A stretch of DNA of 64,000 bases from Lama glama (taxonomy: Eukaryota): contig CM052817.1 in the NCBI GenBank assembly GCA_028534125.1, positions 61,940,001 to 62,004,000 on the forward strand, in the 5' to 3' direction. The position numbers and the translations under genes are program-made. The number at the start of each line of letters is the position of its first letter. The first letter of the stretch is position 1. Shown in pieces: positions 11,127-24,875 of this stretch. The notes beneath the pieces are model-generated. The model did not search any database, had not been told where the DNA came from, and saw nothing but the letters and a program-made list of their open reading frames with translations.

Positions 11127-14100
11127 CTGTAGTTCAGGCACAGGAACAACACAGCATTATTTCTGACGACAAAAGCAATCCTTACTGAACCACGCAACAG
11201 AATGCTGTGCTTTGAGTGGTAAGAAGAGATGAGGGCTGTTATCCTCCTTAGTAAGAACAGCTTCTTCTGAAACGGAAGTCGTGATTCTCTGTAACCTGGC
11301 TGAGAGGGAGAGGTACATTTTGAGCTGACTTTGCACAGCCTTGGATTTATGGGGCTTCCGTAAGGGCTGGGCTAGATAGAAAGCTCAGGTGTAATTCAGG
11401 AACAGCTTTTCTAACGGGATTCTCTAGGGTGAGAGGGGAAATACCAATACTCGTAGGGGTTTCGATTTTAGGAGCGGAGAACTGTTCAAAAGGGCAGTTC
11501 TTTGAGAATGAACAGATCTGACAGTCCAGAGACTGTCTGACCCTGCGGGGAATGCCCTGGGCAAATGCTCTGGTAAATTCTCCCTCTAACCTTTCTAGGA
11601 GATAGCTCAGTTCTGCCCTTGTTGAATGAAATGGAACATGGCTCTCCCCTAAATGGTGTCAAATTAAGACTAATTTTTCAAAAGAAAATGGTGAACATAG
11701 TACCTTGCCTCAGGGCAAGTTGCTAACGGAATTCTCCAGTCGCTGGTATGCCCCTAATTTTAGTAGAGAAAACCATAAATGGCTCTTAAGATAGTTTCAG
11801 CTCATAAAACAGCACAAATGCAAAATCTGAAATTCATCTGCAGGAGAAACTCTAATCATTTTCTGATCACTTCTGCTGGTTGGAAAAGCAAAAGCAAATG
11901 TTGCCTGGGAACTATTAAAGCAATAAAAGAAAATCCACTTAATCTACTTTAAATGTCATCTCTTTTTTTTTTTTTCCAAAGCAGGTAACTCCTTGGTGTA
12001 CATAATTAGTTGCTGGAGGATAAAGTAGCCACATGCAGTTCCAGCCATCAGGAAGTCTCAAAGGTCTTGCAGAGCATTCAGCTCAGAGGTCAGTGCCACT
12101 GTTGCCTGGAGCCTCCCATCCTTCGATAATCCTGCCCAGCGGGGGCTGCTGTCTGTGTCCCAGTGTCACTGGACGGTGTGCTCCATGTTCCACGATAGCA
12201 GCCAGGGCTCACAGTGAGACCTATGCAGTCGCACTGCAGAGTCCATCCCGGGGCAAGGGACTGCGAGGACAGAGGGTTCTTCACCTCAAAGGCACAGAGC
12301 TTAAACAACGGGGACCAGAAGAGTGACATGAAGGCACATGACTGTTGTTTTCAATGGACATGGGGATGTCTGCCCCAAGTGCCCAAGACTTAAACTGGAT
12401 ATAAAATAAGGTACAGGTTGGGGTGGGCAGAGGCATAGAGAAATCCGAGGTATTCCACAGCTTAGCGCCATCACCCACTTTGAAGTCCTGCTGGCTTCTT
12501 GTCCAGATGGTAACAGTAGGGCCTAGGAGACCCCCCCCCCCGATATGCCCAAATACAGTACCACTCTGCCCGTCCCTGGCTGGCAGATGAAGTCTGCAGA
12601 GGGAGGGGTCTGCTTTGTGTAATGCTGACTTGTGTCCCCAGATTTTGGCCACAATCAATCACTCCTGGCTGCTCACTGTTATCTATCCCTTCGGCCAAAC
12701 TCAGCTTCCTAAAGCCCAGAGCTGACGACTCTCTTGCTCACTCATGGCTCTCCTGACCAGGCGCTGAGGGCCATTTGCACAACCTGCCTGGTCAGCTGGT
12801 CTGAGGCCCCAGGTGCTCCCAGCACCAGAAAATCTGCCCACCTTCCTCAGGTTGCCTTGACCACAACTCAGTCTCCTCAGACAGGACATTCCCTGTTTCC
12901 AGGGCCTCTCTCAAGGATGTCCCTCTGCCAGTTGTTGTGCCCTCTCCCTGCATCTCTGTCAAGTAACCCCCCTCAAAGCCTGGACCAGAAAGCATCTTCC
13001 TAAAGCAGAGCCACCCAAAGCCATCAACCTGGAGCACTTCCCACAGCTCCCACCATCTGCATCTGTCTGCTGGTTGTACTTGTGTTACGTCCTTTGACTT
13101 CCCAAGTCTCTTGGCCATGACAGTACTTTTGTCATATTCAGAACTTCTCTGATCCTCAGGGAAGTGCCTAGCACATGGAAGCTATACAGTGCATAGTTGT
13201 TAAAATGATACATTTAGGAGGAAGATAGAAGTCCACCTCCCGGAGCAGCAATGAGCTTCGTTCCAGCTGGACGTGGCGAAGGGCATGGCTCCCCTCGGGG
13301 TTCAGTGGTAAAGGGAAAGACTGGCTGACGCAGGCATGGCTCTCAGGGGAGGCCTGCTCACACCTCCACGTGGTCCCCCCTTTCCTGGTGAAGGGTCTTC
13401 AGACCCTGAGTCTCCAGCCTTGGCCACTTTGCCTGTGCATTCTGTGCGGAGGAAAGGAATCCAATCGGGCAGAATTTGTCTGTCTTATCAGGTGGCTGAC
13501 AGCAGCCTTGGAGGTAAAAGAAAAATACACACATTTACATTTCACCTGGCAATTTCAATGGCTATTAGTTCTTCCTTTACTTCCGGGTAAAAGTAGAGTT
13601 TACTCTCAACAGAATGCTTATTACAGTAACTGTTTATGATATTGGTACCACCGGTCTTTGACGTTATGGTTCCCTGAGTTAAACGTGATTTTTCACTATT
13701 AACCAAACAGCTGCCATGGCTCACATTGTCAACACTCCCCAGGAGAAATCCAGTCCTTCGTGAAGTCGCTTAGGAAACTAGATTTTCCCAGGGTGGTTTT
13801 GAACAGGTTATAGAAAACAGAAGAGGGAAACACGATGACAAGAGCAGAGGGAGGCTCTGTACATTTTCACTGCTGTTCTTTACGCGCACAAAAGTGCCGA
13901 GGGTCAGTAGGGTCAGTAGTTAACAGGGTTGTAATGTCTTTGTCTATAGTTAAAACTAAATACAAGTCCTGAAGAGACTAAGTTTCTCTTTCTACATTTT
14001 TTCTCTCGGTGATGATGAGTAGCTTCCCCATTGCTACTTCCCCATGCCCTCAAAACAACGTCTTTGATCATTTCCATATTCTTAACTCTTCTAGACGGTC

Positions 14101-16214
14101 TCATTCTGAAATTTCATCTCTGAGACTAAAGGCTTTATATCTAGTTAAGGCACCTCTAGCCAAGGCTCCCAGAGAGGAACAACTGTCCAGCTCTTGGCAT
14201 CACTACGGTCTATGTCAAGCGCAGCCTGCTCTCCTGGGGAGGGGGGCAGGTCCTCCTCCTGACTAGGGAGGCCAAGGGCCAAGTCGCTTTAGCAACTTGA
14301 TGAGGGGTGGAGGGTGGCTGGGGGGCAGGGTAGCACATTCCTGGAAAGTCAGCTCATTCTTGGGAGACAGAACATTGGAACTGCACCCCCAGCCCACCTG
14401 CCAGCTTGCCGTGTGACCCTCGGAAGGAGCGCCGTCCGGAAGACAGACGCCACCGACGGAGCCTTTTCTCCAGTTAGTTATGGCTTGTCAATCACAGGGC
14501 ACCCCTCCTTGGAGCTTTTGATGAGGGTCCAGGCCTCAGGGCTCTGCAGAGCCTCGCTCCCCAACATCAGCCCCCACTCATCCTCTCTGGGCTGCATGCA
14601 CCACATTCAAATTCTAACAACAATGGTGGGACTCAGTGACCCAGAAGTAAAAGCCGTAGAGTGCCCCTTAATCCCCAAAGTCATCTGACTCGGGTCATCC
14701 TCTGTTAAATGTGCTCGTCTGTCCCTAGGCCTCTGAGATGACTGCTGCCAAGCTGCAAAAGAAATCATCCTTCCTCTACATTGGCACGAGAAAGAAAGTC
14801 CTTAAGCTGTGATCACACCATACAACGGTCTCTCGGCGGCGAGCCTGCTAGGGGGAGCCAGGACCGGCGCGCTTTCAGTGGCAGCTGCAGCTGGTCCACC
14901 TTTTCATCACACAGCAGACGCTCACGCTGAACAGAGAGCAAGCATCAAAGGAGCAGTCCTCCTCCTCCCCCACAACATTCCGCAGCCTTTGTTGTCCCTG
15001 GAGCTGGGTGGTTACTGAACTTTGCAGACCTGCTGGGCCTGGAAAGTGAAAACACCCTCCCAAGCCAGCAGGGGTGGTGCTGTGGGCCCGGGAGATAGGC
15101 CTGCACATCGCCAGGCCCGGCGGTTGCCATGGCGCCCTGACACCAAGATCATGCCTTGTGAATGTCACTGAGGTCTGTGACTAAAGTTGTTTAACTAAAG
15201 CGGCAGGAGGAAACGATGGCCACGCCTCGCGGGCTGTGGGAAAGGGAGGCGGCGGCGTCAAGGCTGACGTGCACCCTCCTGAGTTTGCTAAGGAAGACAG
15301 TCTGTAAATACTACGTGGGGAGTGAGACATACCTAACACGGTGGTGACATTTCATTCTTCACTGTGCACGAGACAGCCGGGGAGAAGCAGTCTTTTAAAT
15401 CATGCACTGTCCTGTTGTAGCCCTAAAATATGGCAGTTCTGTGCTATGTGGCCCACCTTAGCTCCACGGGCCAGAAGGCTCTGCCTCTGCCCAGTGGCTG
15501 TATCCTTTTCTTCCTGCAGCCTGAAGGATTTCCACGGTTCTAACTCCAAGCTATGGGGTGCCAGCTAACCGCTAAGATCACGAGCCCCCCCCCCCCGCTT
15601 CTTTCTATCCAGAGTAGTTTTAAACAGCAGTGATGACTTATTTCTGTAAGAGGGATGTATAAAAATTCCCACCTGAAGGGAGTGAGGGTCACCGCAAGGC
15701 AAAGCAATGTCGCGGCCACTGGGGGAAAATGGCATCTCTTCTATTTGGAGGCTGATGTATAAGAAAGCACAGAGACCAAGAGATTTCTCCTTTCAACAGA
15801 GAAAAAAGGAAAAGGAGGGGCAGGCAGCATGCACTCAGACCAAGGTGGGCGAGTTCCAAGGAGAGGCAGGGGTGCAGGAACAAGGTGCAGGGGGGAAGCT
15901 TTGGGAAAGTTACTCCATGTGCAGCTACCTCAATTAAACCTTATACCTGAAATTCAGATCTGTGTAAAAAGTTAAACCATTATCCTTAAATTCATGTCAC
16001 AACATATAAAAAGACTTGTTTTTTGAAAAGGATCCTCTCATGCATTCTTTTATATATATTTTAGCTCCCTGTGTTCTTTTTCTGTTAACAAGCAGGCCCT
16101 ACAGAGAGCTCTTCAGGACTTCCCCTCGAGCCTCCGCTGAGATACTTTATACCCCCTCCTCCTCCCCGAGCTCCGTCCCTCCCCGATTGATAAAGACAGA
16201 CGAGCGCCTCTCAC

Positions 16215-16379
16215 CTCAGACACGGTGCAGCTGAGCTGCAAGATCTGCCCTTCTCCTTCCACCTGCCGCACACACAGCTTGCAGACCAGCTCCACTGTGT
16301 TCAGGCTAAATCTTTCCAGAGTGAACGTGCAGTGGAGGTTTCTCTGAGACCCACTCCAGATATGGTAGAAAGGAATTTC
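16215..16379 (-). CDS. UNC5C: UNC5C exon 14 (UPA): [55 protein letters not shown]
   Basis: Acceptor ttttag|GAA, donor GAG|gtgaga, 165 nt, phase 0-0. Confidence 0.97.
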
Positions 16380-16406
16380 CTAAAACAGATGGAAGTGTTG
16401 ACACAG

Positions 16407-16625
16407 TGCTGCCAAGTGCTTGTCTCAGTGTTTGTTACACATATCACCTCATTTAATCCTCACAACAGGCCTGGGGACAAGTACAGCCTGACCCACTGTT
16501 CAGATGAAAACCCTGAGGCTCAGAGAGGTTAAATAACTTATCCAGAGTCCCACAGGTAGTAAGCAGCAGAGTTGAGGTCATAGCCCAGGGAATCAGCTCC
16601 AGAACCCATACCCCTAAGCAAGTCT
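16407..16625 (-). mobile_element. MIR SINE
   Basis: ctcatttaatcctcacaac...cagatgaaaaccctgaggctcagagaggttaaataacttatccagagtcccacag (reverse MIR core). Confidence 0.85.
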
Positions 16626-16934
16626 GCCACTTCTCTGTCATTGACAACAAAGCCATTGTAAGGGATTTCTTTAAGGTTTAGAAAACTCCCAAAATGAAAC
16701 CTACACATCCTACTCATTGTCCATTAGAAGGAGTTCCTGCCTTGCTGTCCTGGAGAAAAGCACAGAAAGTCTAAAGGATGATGCAGGGGACGGGGAACCC
16801 AAGACTCACTCCAAGTTGGAAACCAGAGGCTGGGGCTGCCATGGAAAGTTCTTGGCCTAGAGAGCACCAAACCTCTCACGGACATGACTGTCCGTGGGTC
16901 TAGACGACCATGCAGAGCCCACCCTAGAAAAGAG

Positions 16935-17180
16935 TGACACGTTAAGAACAGAGGCTCTGGAGCCAAATTCAGTACAAGCGAGACTGCTTCCCCTGGCTTA
17001 CTTGGTGATTTGGGGCAAGTTACTTAAGCTTTCCATGCCTCAGTTTCCTCATCTGTGAAAGAAGACTAAGGAAGAGTAGCTGAAAGGAAGGGGTTAAATG
17101 AGATCAGCCAAAGTACAAGGGAGTCTGGCAGGTGGGAGGAACCAGGCTTAGCGTGTGCTAATATCAGATGATCATTATTA
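16935..17180 (+). mobile_element. MIR SINE
   Basis: gttaagaacagaggctctggagcca...ggcaagttacttaagctttccatgcctcagtttcctcatctgtgaaa. Confidence 0.85.
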
Positions 17181-18194
17181 GAAAAACAGCATCTTCCATT
17201 ATGACTACGCAAAAGAAATTGTTCATATAAGGGGAAGATTTGTGGACTTTTATGGCAGTTGCAAAACTAGAGGAAGGAGAAAGCAAAGGGAGGGTTTTAA
17301 AGAGAAAGTTAAAGCCAGTCTCTCAGTCAAGTGCTGAGTTACACAGAAGAGCTAGCACACCCCCACACCAAAGTTCGAGACTGGTGGCGAACTAGGTTTG
17401 TTCCCCACAGTTCCGGTGTAAGGACCAGACTGAGAGTAAGAAAGCAGCTGAACGCCTTCCCCTCAGCCCCTCTAGCATGTTCACTGATTTACATCAGAAA
17501 GTCACAACCAGCTCAGCTGCAGCGCGGTGTGCGGGGTTGGATTTGCACACGTGGAGACAAGGATCCCTGCTTATCTAGGTGTGCCTGTCTCCCAGGACGG
17601 GCTCTGAGGCTGTGGAGTCCGTCACACAGCCTCCTGAGAGCTCAGACTGCCCGATGGAGGGGAGGAGAATCCTGTTTTTCCCACAGGTACATACAGTGGA
17701 ACCTGGGACCAGTATTTTTATGCTGTTCTCTAATAAAATCCTGACCATCGTTTATTTTTACTTGCTACTGCAGTTTCCAAGCTGAGGTTCCTTCTAAATT
17801 TTCAGTGTAAAGACACTGTCCCAGCCAGGCTGGGGCCTCATTTGTGTCACATGGGATAACCACGTTCTTCTCTTTCTCCTATGAAAGCATTTGAGACTGG
17901 CTGTTATCCATTCCATATTAACTTTTACTCAGAAAATGAACTGAAATGATGGAAGTCTTATTTACTAAAAATAAAACAATGATAGTACACTTACCTGAAA
18001 GAGAATTAAGAAAAAAGCATTTCTTCAAGTATGTCTAGAGTGTTTTTCAAAAATCCTACACAACCCCAAACTATTTTGGCAAAGCAAGCCCTGCTGTAGG
18101 ATTGCTTTCAAGGAAGGGAGTGTCTTCTCTCTGAATCGTCCTAGCCCTCTTCCTTGAGATGTCTCCAAGCCTTTGGTTCAGCTGGGGGCCTTAC

Positions 18195-18344
18195 CTGGTA
18201 CTTGGCCAGCAGCTTGCTCTTCCAGAGGGAGTGGGCAATGTCATGAATGGACAGGCGTAGGTTGTGGCTGCTGCCTTTGAAGTGAAGAGCCTTAGGTTCT
18301 TCTAGGAGCTGTCCTCCCATCTGTCTCTCGAGCTGCAGAACTTC
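18195..18344 (-). CDS. UNC5C: UNC5C exon 13 (UPA): [50 protein letters not shown]
   Basis: Acceptor ttgcag|GAA, donor CAG|gtaagg, 150 nt. Confidence 0.97.
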
Positions 18345-20999
18345 CTGCAACGACATGCCCAAAAGCAAGTGACTGCCCTGTGTCACTTCCATGACATACG
18401 TCCCCAGTGTGCCTCCCCTGCCACACTTAGCTGCAACACATGGCGTCCCTACTGCAGCCTCGAGACCCTAAGACTCCCTCCAGCTGAGGCCCCGGTCAGT
18501 TTGCATGTGACTGAGCCCTTACTGACCATGGGCTGTTTCAGCAATCCACACCACACTATGTCGTGGGGCACGTTCAGTACAGTCTGCACCTCCTGACGGA
18601 CAAGTGGAATATTTAGTCAAATACAGGGAAGTAACAAACAAAACCAAAATGGGAAGAAACATCAATAAAAGAAAAAATAGAAATGCAGGCAAATAGGTAA
18701 GTAAGTAGATTTTCAATGAACTTTTAGGGAAAGGGGCAAATAACTAAAAAAAAATCATATCTTATATTGGTAACACCAGCCAACAAATAAAAATTTAGAA
18801 TGTGTTTTGGGTGCTTTTTCTGTTTTAGTTTTTTTTACCTACAAAAATAAAATTTTTGCTTAAAATTATCCATTACACAATTCCCAAATATCAAAAAATT
18901 AAAATATGCTCATTAGATGTCTTATTAGAGGAAAATACACTGGTAACAGTAGGAAGATTTTTTTCAGCACCAAATATTAATCTAAATAGAAACTCTGATT
19001 AAATTTTTTTAAGAAACACCTCATTTCTCAAGAACTGTGGCTGATTAAAAATTTTGCTATGTAACTTTACTTATGCTATAAAGATGTAACATGAAGATAC
19101 ATTCTCCATCTACTTCCATTCCTCAGTCTAGTTAATGGGAGTTAATGAAGCATTTACAACTACAGCTACAATTATCCAAACATCAGCAAACCATAAGTTA
19201 TCGATGAACAAAATATCCTGAGCCTCCTATGCTGTCTGAACCATCCCTATGCATTTTGCTCTTCTTGTGCCTTAAAAGTTTCAGTGATGTAAACAGGCAG
19301 CCATTTATAACCTTTTTTGTTTTTAAAGAGTTCAGGAAAATACTAGATTTTATACAGATATAAACACAAAATATGATTTTTTTCTTTGGGGAGATCATGA
19401 TTGAAAGCATGGGGTTCCATCCCACAGGTGATCATTCAGGCTATTCTACACGCAGATATTAGGAACCACGACCTGCAAAGATAGCTGGTCATAGTGGAAA
19501 ACTGAGTGGGGGTCACTGAAATGTAGTCTAGTAAGTGAAGAGCTTACCAACATCATTGATTAAATGGAAACAGCTCATTTCAAATTGCTCCTTTAGTGGT
19601 TCTGAGCGTCCATCATCTTTGAGTCATTATTTTGTGCAAAGCAAGCTGCTGAAAGGTCCTATAAGGTGCAGGGAATATGAGGGTAATGTGGACTGTGGTC
19701 TCAGACAGGGACCCCTCTAATTAGTGCATAATGGAAGAGATGAGGCAATAGCCCATTGATGGAGAGACGGGCATGGTCCAGCTGCTTGAGAGTATGGACA
19801 CTGAGCATATTCAACCTTGGTGGCTGATGAGTAGCTATTACTTGTGACAGAAGCCTGAGCCGTCAGCCAGCCCCCAGCCCACCGGTCAGCCACCCCAACA
19901 CATATGTCGTGTCACCATGCCCTGGCTCTGCTGTGCCTGCAGCTCAGCAGGCTCCGAGGGTCCCCAGCAGGCCACTGAGATCTGCCCAGCCCAGAGTTAC
20001 ACATGCTCCTCATGAAACACCCTCCCACAACACTTCACACACCATTCCTTGACAAGAATCTGGCCGTGTGGAAATGAAGACGAATAAGGAAAGGGAGGGT
20101 TAATTGCAGTTTCTTCTGCTTCAGCAGGAAGGCATAATGAGCTTATGTTGATCATGTTTGGTGTCTAGTTAGCATAATAGAGAAAGCTGATGTTCCCAGT
20201 GAACCTGGCACCTGACAAATTCTAAAGCTAAAATGATGTTTGTTTATAAGCCATTAGAAGAAAAGAAACATAATTAGAAATCTTTGCGATTACAGTCATG
20301 CCAATCAATCAGTTCTAGCTTCTTTCCAGGACACCCTAATTACCTCATCAAGACATCTAAAGAGCAATCGATAGTAATTATCTGATTACTATAGATCTTC
20401 ATTATGTCCAAATTATCTCCCTGGGATGTCTAAAAGAAGACGCATTGTGTTCTGGGAGGTAATTGTACCCAACAATGTATAATCCACACCCCATTCCTAC
20501 GATCAACACAAGATTGCCAGGGGCGATGGAGAACACGACCAGTTTTCTTGGCAGGGAGGACCACTGAAAGAAACCTCAACTGCCTATTGCCCATGACCTT
20601 GAAGTCAAGAAATCTAATACCATGTTTTGAGTGCAAAGTCTGGGCTGGAAACAGGCCAAGAATAAGGCTCAGTCCTTGGCTTCTATGACACTGACCTCGA
20701 AAGTCATGGTAAAGAGTTCTTACCAGTGAGGAAAGAGACTGAGTTGGCATAAGCCTGTTTTTTTTTTTTGTTTGTTTGTTTGTTTTTGACAAAGTACCAA
20801 GTAAAGTGCCATTTTAAAGACAACGGGGCTGGAGAACCTACTGTCTCCATATTTGTAATTTCTCCATCTCTTCACCAACCAGGAGTGACACAGAGCTGCT
20901 GCACAGAGCTGGGAGGAACCTGACTTCTGTCTCCCATTCAGTTGGCCAGGACCCCCAGTGAAAGATGAACTGCCCACTAGAACGCACCCATGCTTGGAG

Positions 21000-21244
21000 C
21001 AGCGGTCTCTAAACATACTTGACTGCACAGTCCATCAGTCAAAAAATCGAGCATACATTTTGTTTATGTTTCATTAGAAGTTATATACCTATAATATCTC
21101 AGTATGTTACTATACTAAAAAATATGCCTAAGGTTACAAGTAGGGACTGAGATGAATAGACACAGAAGTGCTAATATTTTCCTTTTCTGCCCCAAAGGCT
21201 CACTGGCTGGGGTGGGGGTGTGAACTCCACTTTGGAGACTGCTG
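21000..21244. mobile_element. hAT-Charlie-type MITE
   Basis: TIRs cagcggtctctaaa / tttggagactgctg (12/14 complementary), AT-rich interior, degenerate 8-bp TSD gcttggag / gctgggac. Confidence 0.65.
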
Positions 21245-23230
21245 GCTGGGACAGCTGTCCTTCCACTTGAACTCTGGGAGAAATCAGCCCAGGAGTAAAT
21301 GATTCATTCAGTAAGAAGAATCGTTAACCAAACTTGAGTTTAACATTTTTTCCTGTAAAGTAGCAACTGGTATCATCACACTCAAGATGTTCAGCATCAA
21401 GGAAACATAACAAAAAAAGACAATAACCAAAAGCACAAATTAAAAAAAAATTAAAGTGTGAATTAAAGATATTACAATCAAACAAAACAACTCCTTGGAA
21501 ACTAAAATCATCTAAAACCACACGAGAGAGAGATGACTTGCTACGTATGGTGAATCCCATATGTACACTTTGCGTCAGGAAACAGAAGAGGCGTGCCCAC
21601 TTGACAGGCTTTGATCCGTATTGCTATGGTTGACGTATCATAATTTCAGGTATTTTATAGCTAAGCCCACTTAAAAAATAGTGTAACATACTTTAAAAAG
21701 CTTGATTTTCTGAGTTCCTTCTGCATGAAATCATCTTGGTTATTATACATATGATACAGGTAAGTCAGAGAATGTAAAAATAACAGATGTATGAATCAGT
21801 AAGATACAGCTTTACAGTTAAATGCCTTCCTCTTAACCTTCCTGGGAGTATTCATTTAACACACCCACCAGGAACTGTGTCAGTCTCTGGGACACAGACA
21901 ACTCGGTCTTGGTCCCTGCCTCAAACCACACTCATGGACCACGGGTGAGGGGAGTGCCGACATACAAGCACGTAACTCTACGTGCTCAGCTCTAAGACAG
22001 CTTCTTTTGGGACCCAGGCTGCTTTTGGGTCCCAGTGGTTAGGATATTTCACATACCTTAAAAGAGGATAGGAATGAAATATACTTAAGGTCAAAAGACT
22101 TAGGAAGACTTAAGAAAAATACCGTGACCTTGGAAAGAAATGCCGTAATAGGAATTAAGATCATCAGGCTCTTTCCTCTCAGAAATATAAATGTCACCTT
22201 CCCTAGCAAAGGCTGTCCTCCCTCCTGGCCACACCTCTACTGCCTTGTTCAGGCTCCAGGTTGCCTCGATGGGCGTCTATAGACGGGGTCACTTCCCGCC
22301 TGCCTCTGTCAGTTCTACTGCCACCCCTCCAATTTCGCCTTGAAGAGACTCTCCCAGGGGTCAGTTATCAGCAGAAATGTCTCTAGCCCCTCCTTCCACG
22401 GGAACACGCACATAAACCCCACGTCACCAGGAGCCTCCTGTGCCTCAGAGCCTGGTGTCCACTGGGGTCTGAGCAATCCCGTGGGACGGCTGCTTCCCCG
22501 GTGTGGTGGGCGCCCCAGTGCAGGCTCCTCTGTGGAGCCTGTGAGGGATTGTTCCAAAGGCAGGGACAAGGGATTCCACGGTAGAAACAAGCATCTTTCA
22601 CAATAACCAATTAAACCAAGACATTATCCATGCCAAGCCATTAGCCTGGGCCACTTAAGAGCCACAATAAATCCAAGCTGTTTTAAAGGTCTGTGCATAC
22701 AAACGGACACCTCTGGCCTGCACTCGGAATTCTCCTGGCTCTAAGAGGGTGGGATCTGCCCTCATTAAGGCTGACAGAGCAAGGTGCACTGGAGAGCCCG
22801 ACAACTCCTACCCTCTGGTTTCCCTAACCCCAATTTTTCCCTCCGCATTAACTGCCAGCTTAGACCACGCCTGCCTCTAACCTTTGCCTCCTGTTCCTCC
22901 TCCTCCAGCTGCTTCCCTGTCTCACAGCTGGTGCATGCAGGAGCCCCCAGGTGACGCGGCTGCCTAGGTGACAGGGCTGAGTATACGGAGATGCCTGAAA
23001 GGCATCTGCTGGAATATGACAAGTCTCTGTCCCAGTGCAAAGCAGTGACTGTGCAAGGAGCTGTGTGAGGTGTTGGGGTCCTGGCTTGGTCCTCCACACT
23101 CTGTGCTCATCCTCATCCTCCAATCCCCCTCGCCCTGGGCTCTGACCTCCCTGGTCCTGCTCAAGGACTCGCCTCCTCTCTCACACCACTGCTCTGAATT
23201 GTGCCTGCTTCTTTGAAGACACTTGTTTTA

Positions 23231-23371
23231 ATTATTTTTAATCTTAAAAAAAATTGGGGGGAGGTAATTAGGTTTACCTTTTTTTTTTTTTAGAGAAGGT
23301 TCTGGGGATTGAACCCACTACCTTGTGTGCACTAAGCATGTGCCCTACCACCTGAGCTATATTCTTCCCCC
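23231..23371 (-). mobile_element. tRNA-derived SINE, Vic-1-like (camelid)
   Basis: Minus strand: GGGGAAGAATATAGCTCAGGTGGTAGGGCAC (A box)...GGTTCAATCCCCAG (B box), A-run, AAACCTAATTACCTCCCCCC, A-rich tail; 15-bp TSD aagacacttgtttta (23216-23230) / aagacacctgtttta (23375-23389). Confidence 0.85.
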
Positions 23372-24875
23372 TTAAAGACACCTGTTTTAGCTTCCAGTTT
23401 CTTAAGAAGTTATGCAATGTGCGAGTTATCTAGCCTTTAGCTTTCCTTCTCTCTCTCTCTCATCTTCCCTCCAATGACTCTCTATCACTCCTCTCCTTTT
23501 CTTAGAAGTCTTACCAACTACAGAAAGGGAGACACAAATGATGAAACTTAAATCCCATGTAACACATTAAAATCTCTTCGAGAAAAGGTTGGAGGAGGTT
23601 AAATTAATGCTTTGTTTTATCGTGTCTCCGTTCTGTCTCAGCATCGTCTAGATGTGCCCTGTTTGCACACTCTATTCTTGACAGAAGCACAGAGTCCTGA
23701 ATGGGCTGTATTCACTGAGGCCAAGGAGCCTAGGGGGTGGCACCTGGAACCTGAGCAGGTGGACGTGGCTCTCATGAGGACACACGGAGATGACCGTGCT
23801 GGATGAGAACACAAAGGGCAGTAGATGGGGCAGCAGCCAGCCCGGCACGCGGGGGTTTTCAGTTCGGTCTGGATGTATGGCTCCATGGAGAGGGACCCTT
23901 AATCCACCCTCTGTGAGGGGAAGGCGCTGGACCAAGCGTGGAAGCTGAGTTGTGCAGTTGCAGACCTGCGCCCCACCTTTGGCAAGTTCTGCCACATCAA
24001 CTCAGGGCTCTCCAGGCACAAAGAACAAACAGGCAGACATTCAGCGTGCAACACACATTAAACCTCAAAAGACCAACCCTCAACAACTGCGCTGCCTGGT
24101 GTTTTAAAAAATCACATCTCCCATCAGATTGCATGGAACCTGCTTTGCTCCTATGCCTTCTTTGTTGAAACCTGCCCGTGTCATTTAGGGATGAGAAATC
24201 TCTCTTTGCTAGAGGCCATCTCTGCTGTCGCCATCGCAGGTGTGGGCCTGTACGTTTCCAAAGCGGAGGCCAGAGAGAGGGCCATCCTCTCCTGTTCCCT
24301 GCCAGCTTTCCTGAGACACTGCTTGCAGCCCCCGCAGGTGGACCCCTCTTCCAGCCCCGGGCCTCAGGCTGCAGAGCCGGCTGTGGGAACATCTGACTGT
24401 CAGCCGGCCTCTCCCACCTGCTGGGGTCCTTATCACAGGCGCCCAGCCTCGCTGCATTACTTCCTCCTCCTGTGCTCACACCGGGTGCTCTGCTCCCCCC
24501 AAGTCTATCTGCCATACTTCATCCCTCGTAATAACAAGGTTGGACTCAGGTGACCATATGCAAACATTTCCCGTCAAGGCCCCTCGTTTCAAGGGCTCTG
24601 CCTGCTGCTCCCGCAGCTGCCACCACCACGGGTGCTGGGTCTGGGCTGCCATGGCCAGCTGCCCAGTCACGTCTGTCTGTGACACTTTTAAAGCAAAATG
24701 CCAAAGGGTAGCACTCACGGAAGTGGCCGTGTCACTTGCGCACATCTGGGCTTACTTCTAAGGAAAAGATGACCTCACACATCTGTGTATTGGGAACAGG
24801 ACTTTTTAGGTCATTCTAGACCTTCTGGAGTCATGTTGTATTTCTTCTCACCCTTCAACATTTATTTTTAACTTC

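Noticed and set aside
23270..23371. tRNA gene
   Set aside because: The tRNA-like head is followed by a SINE body, A-rich tail and TSD, and a second copy exists; it is a SINE.
23997..24553. Intronic ORFs of 172 and 120 aa
   Set aside because: GC-rich intron sequence, no homology I recognise, and no room in the complete exon 12-13 reading frame.
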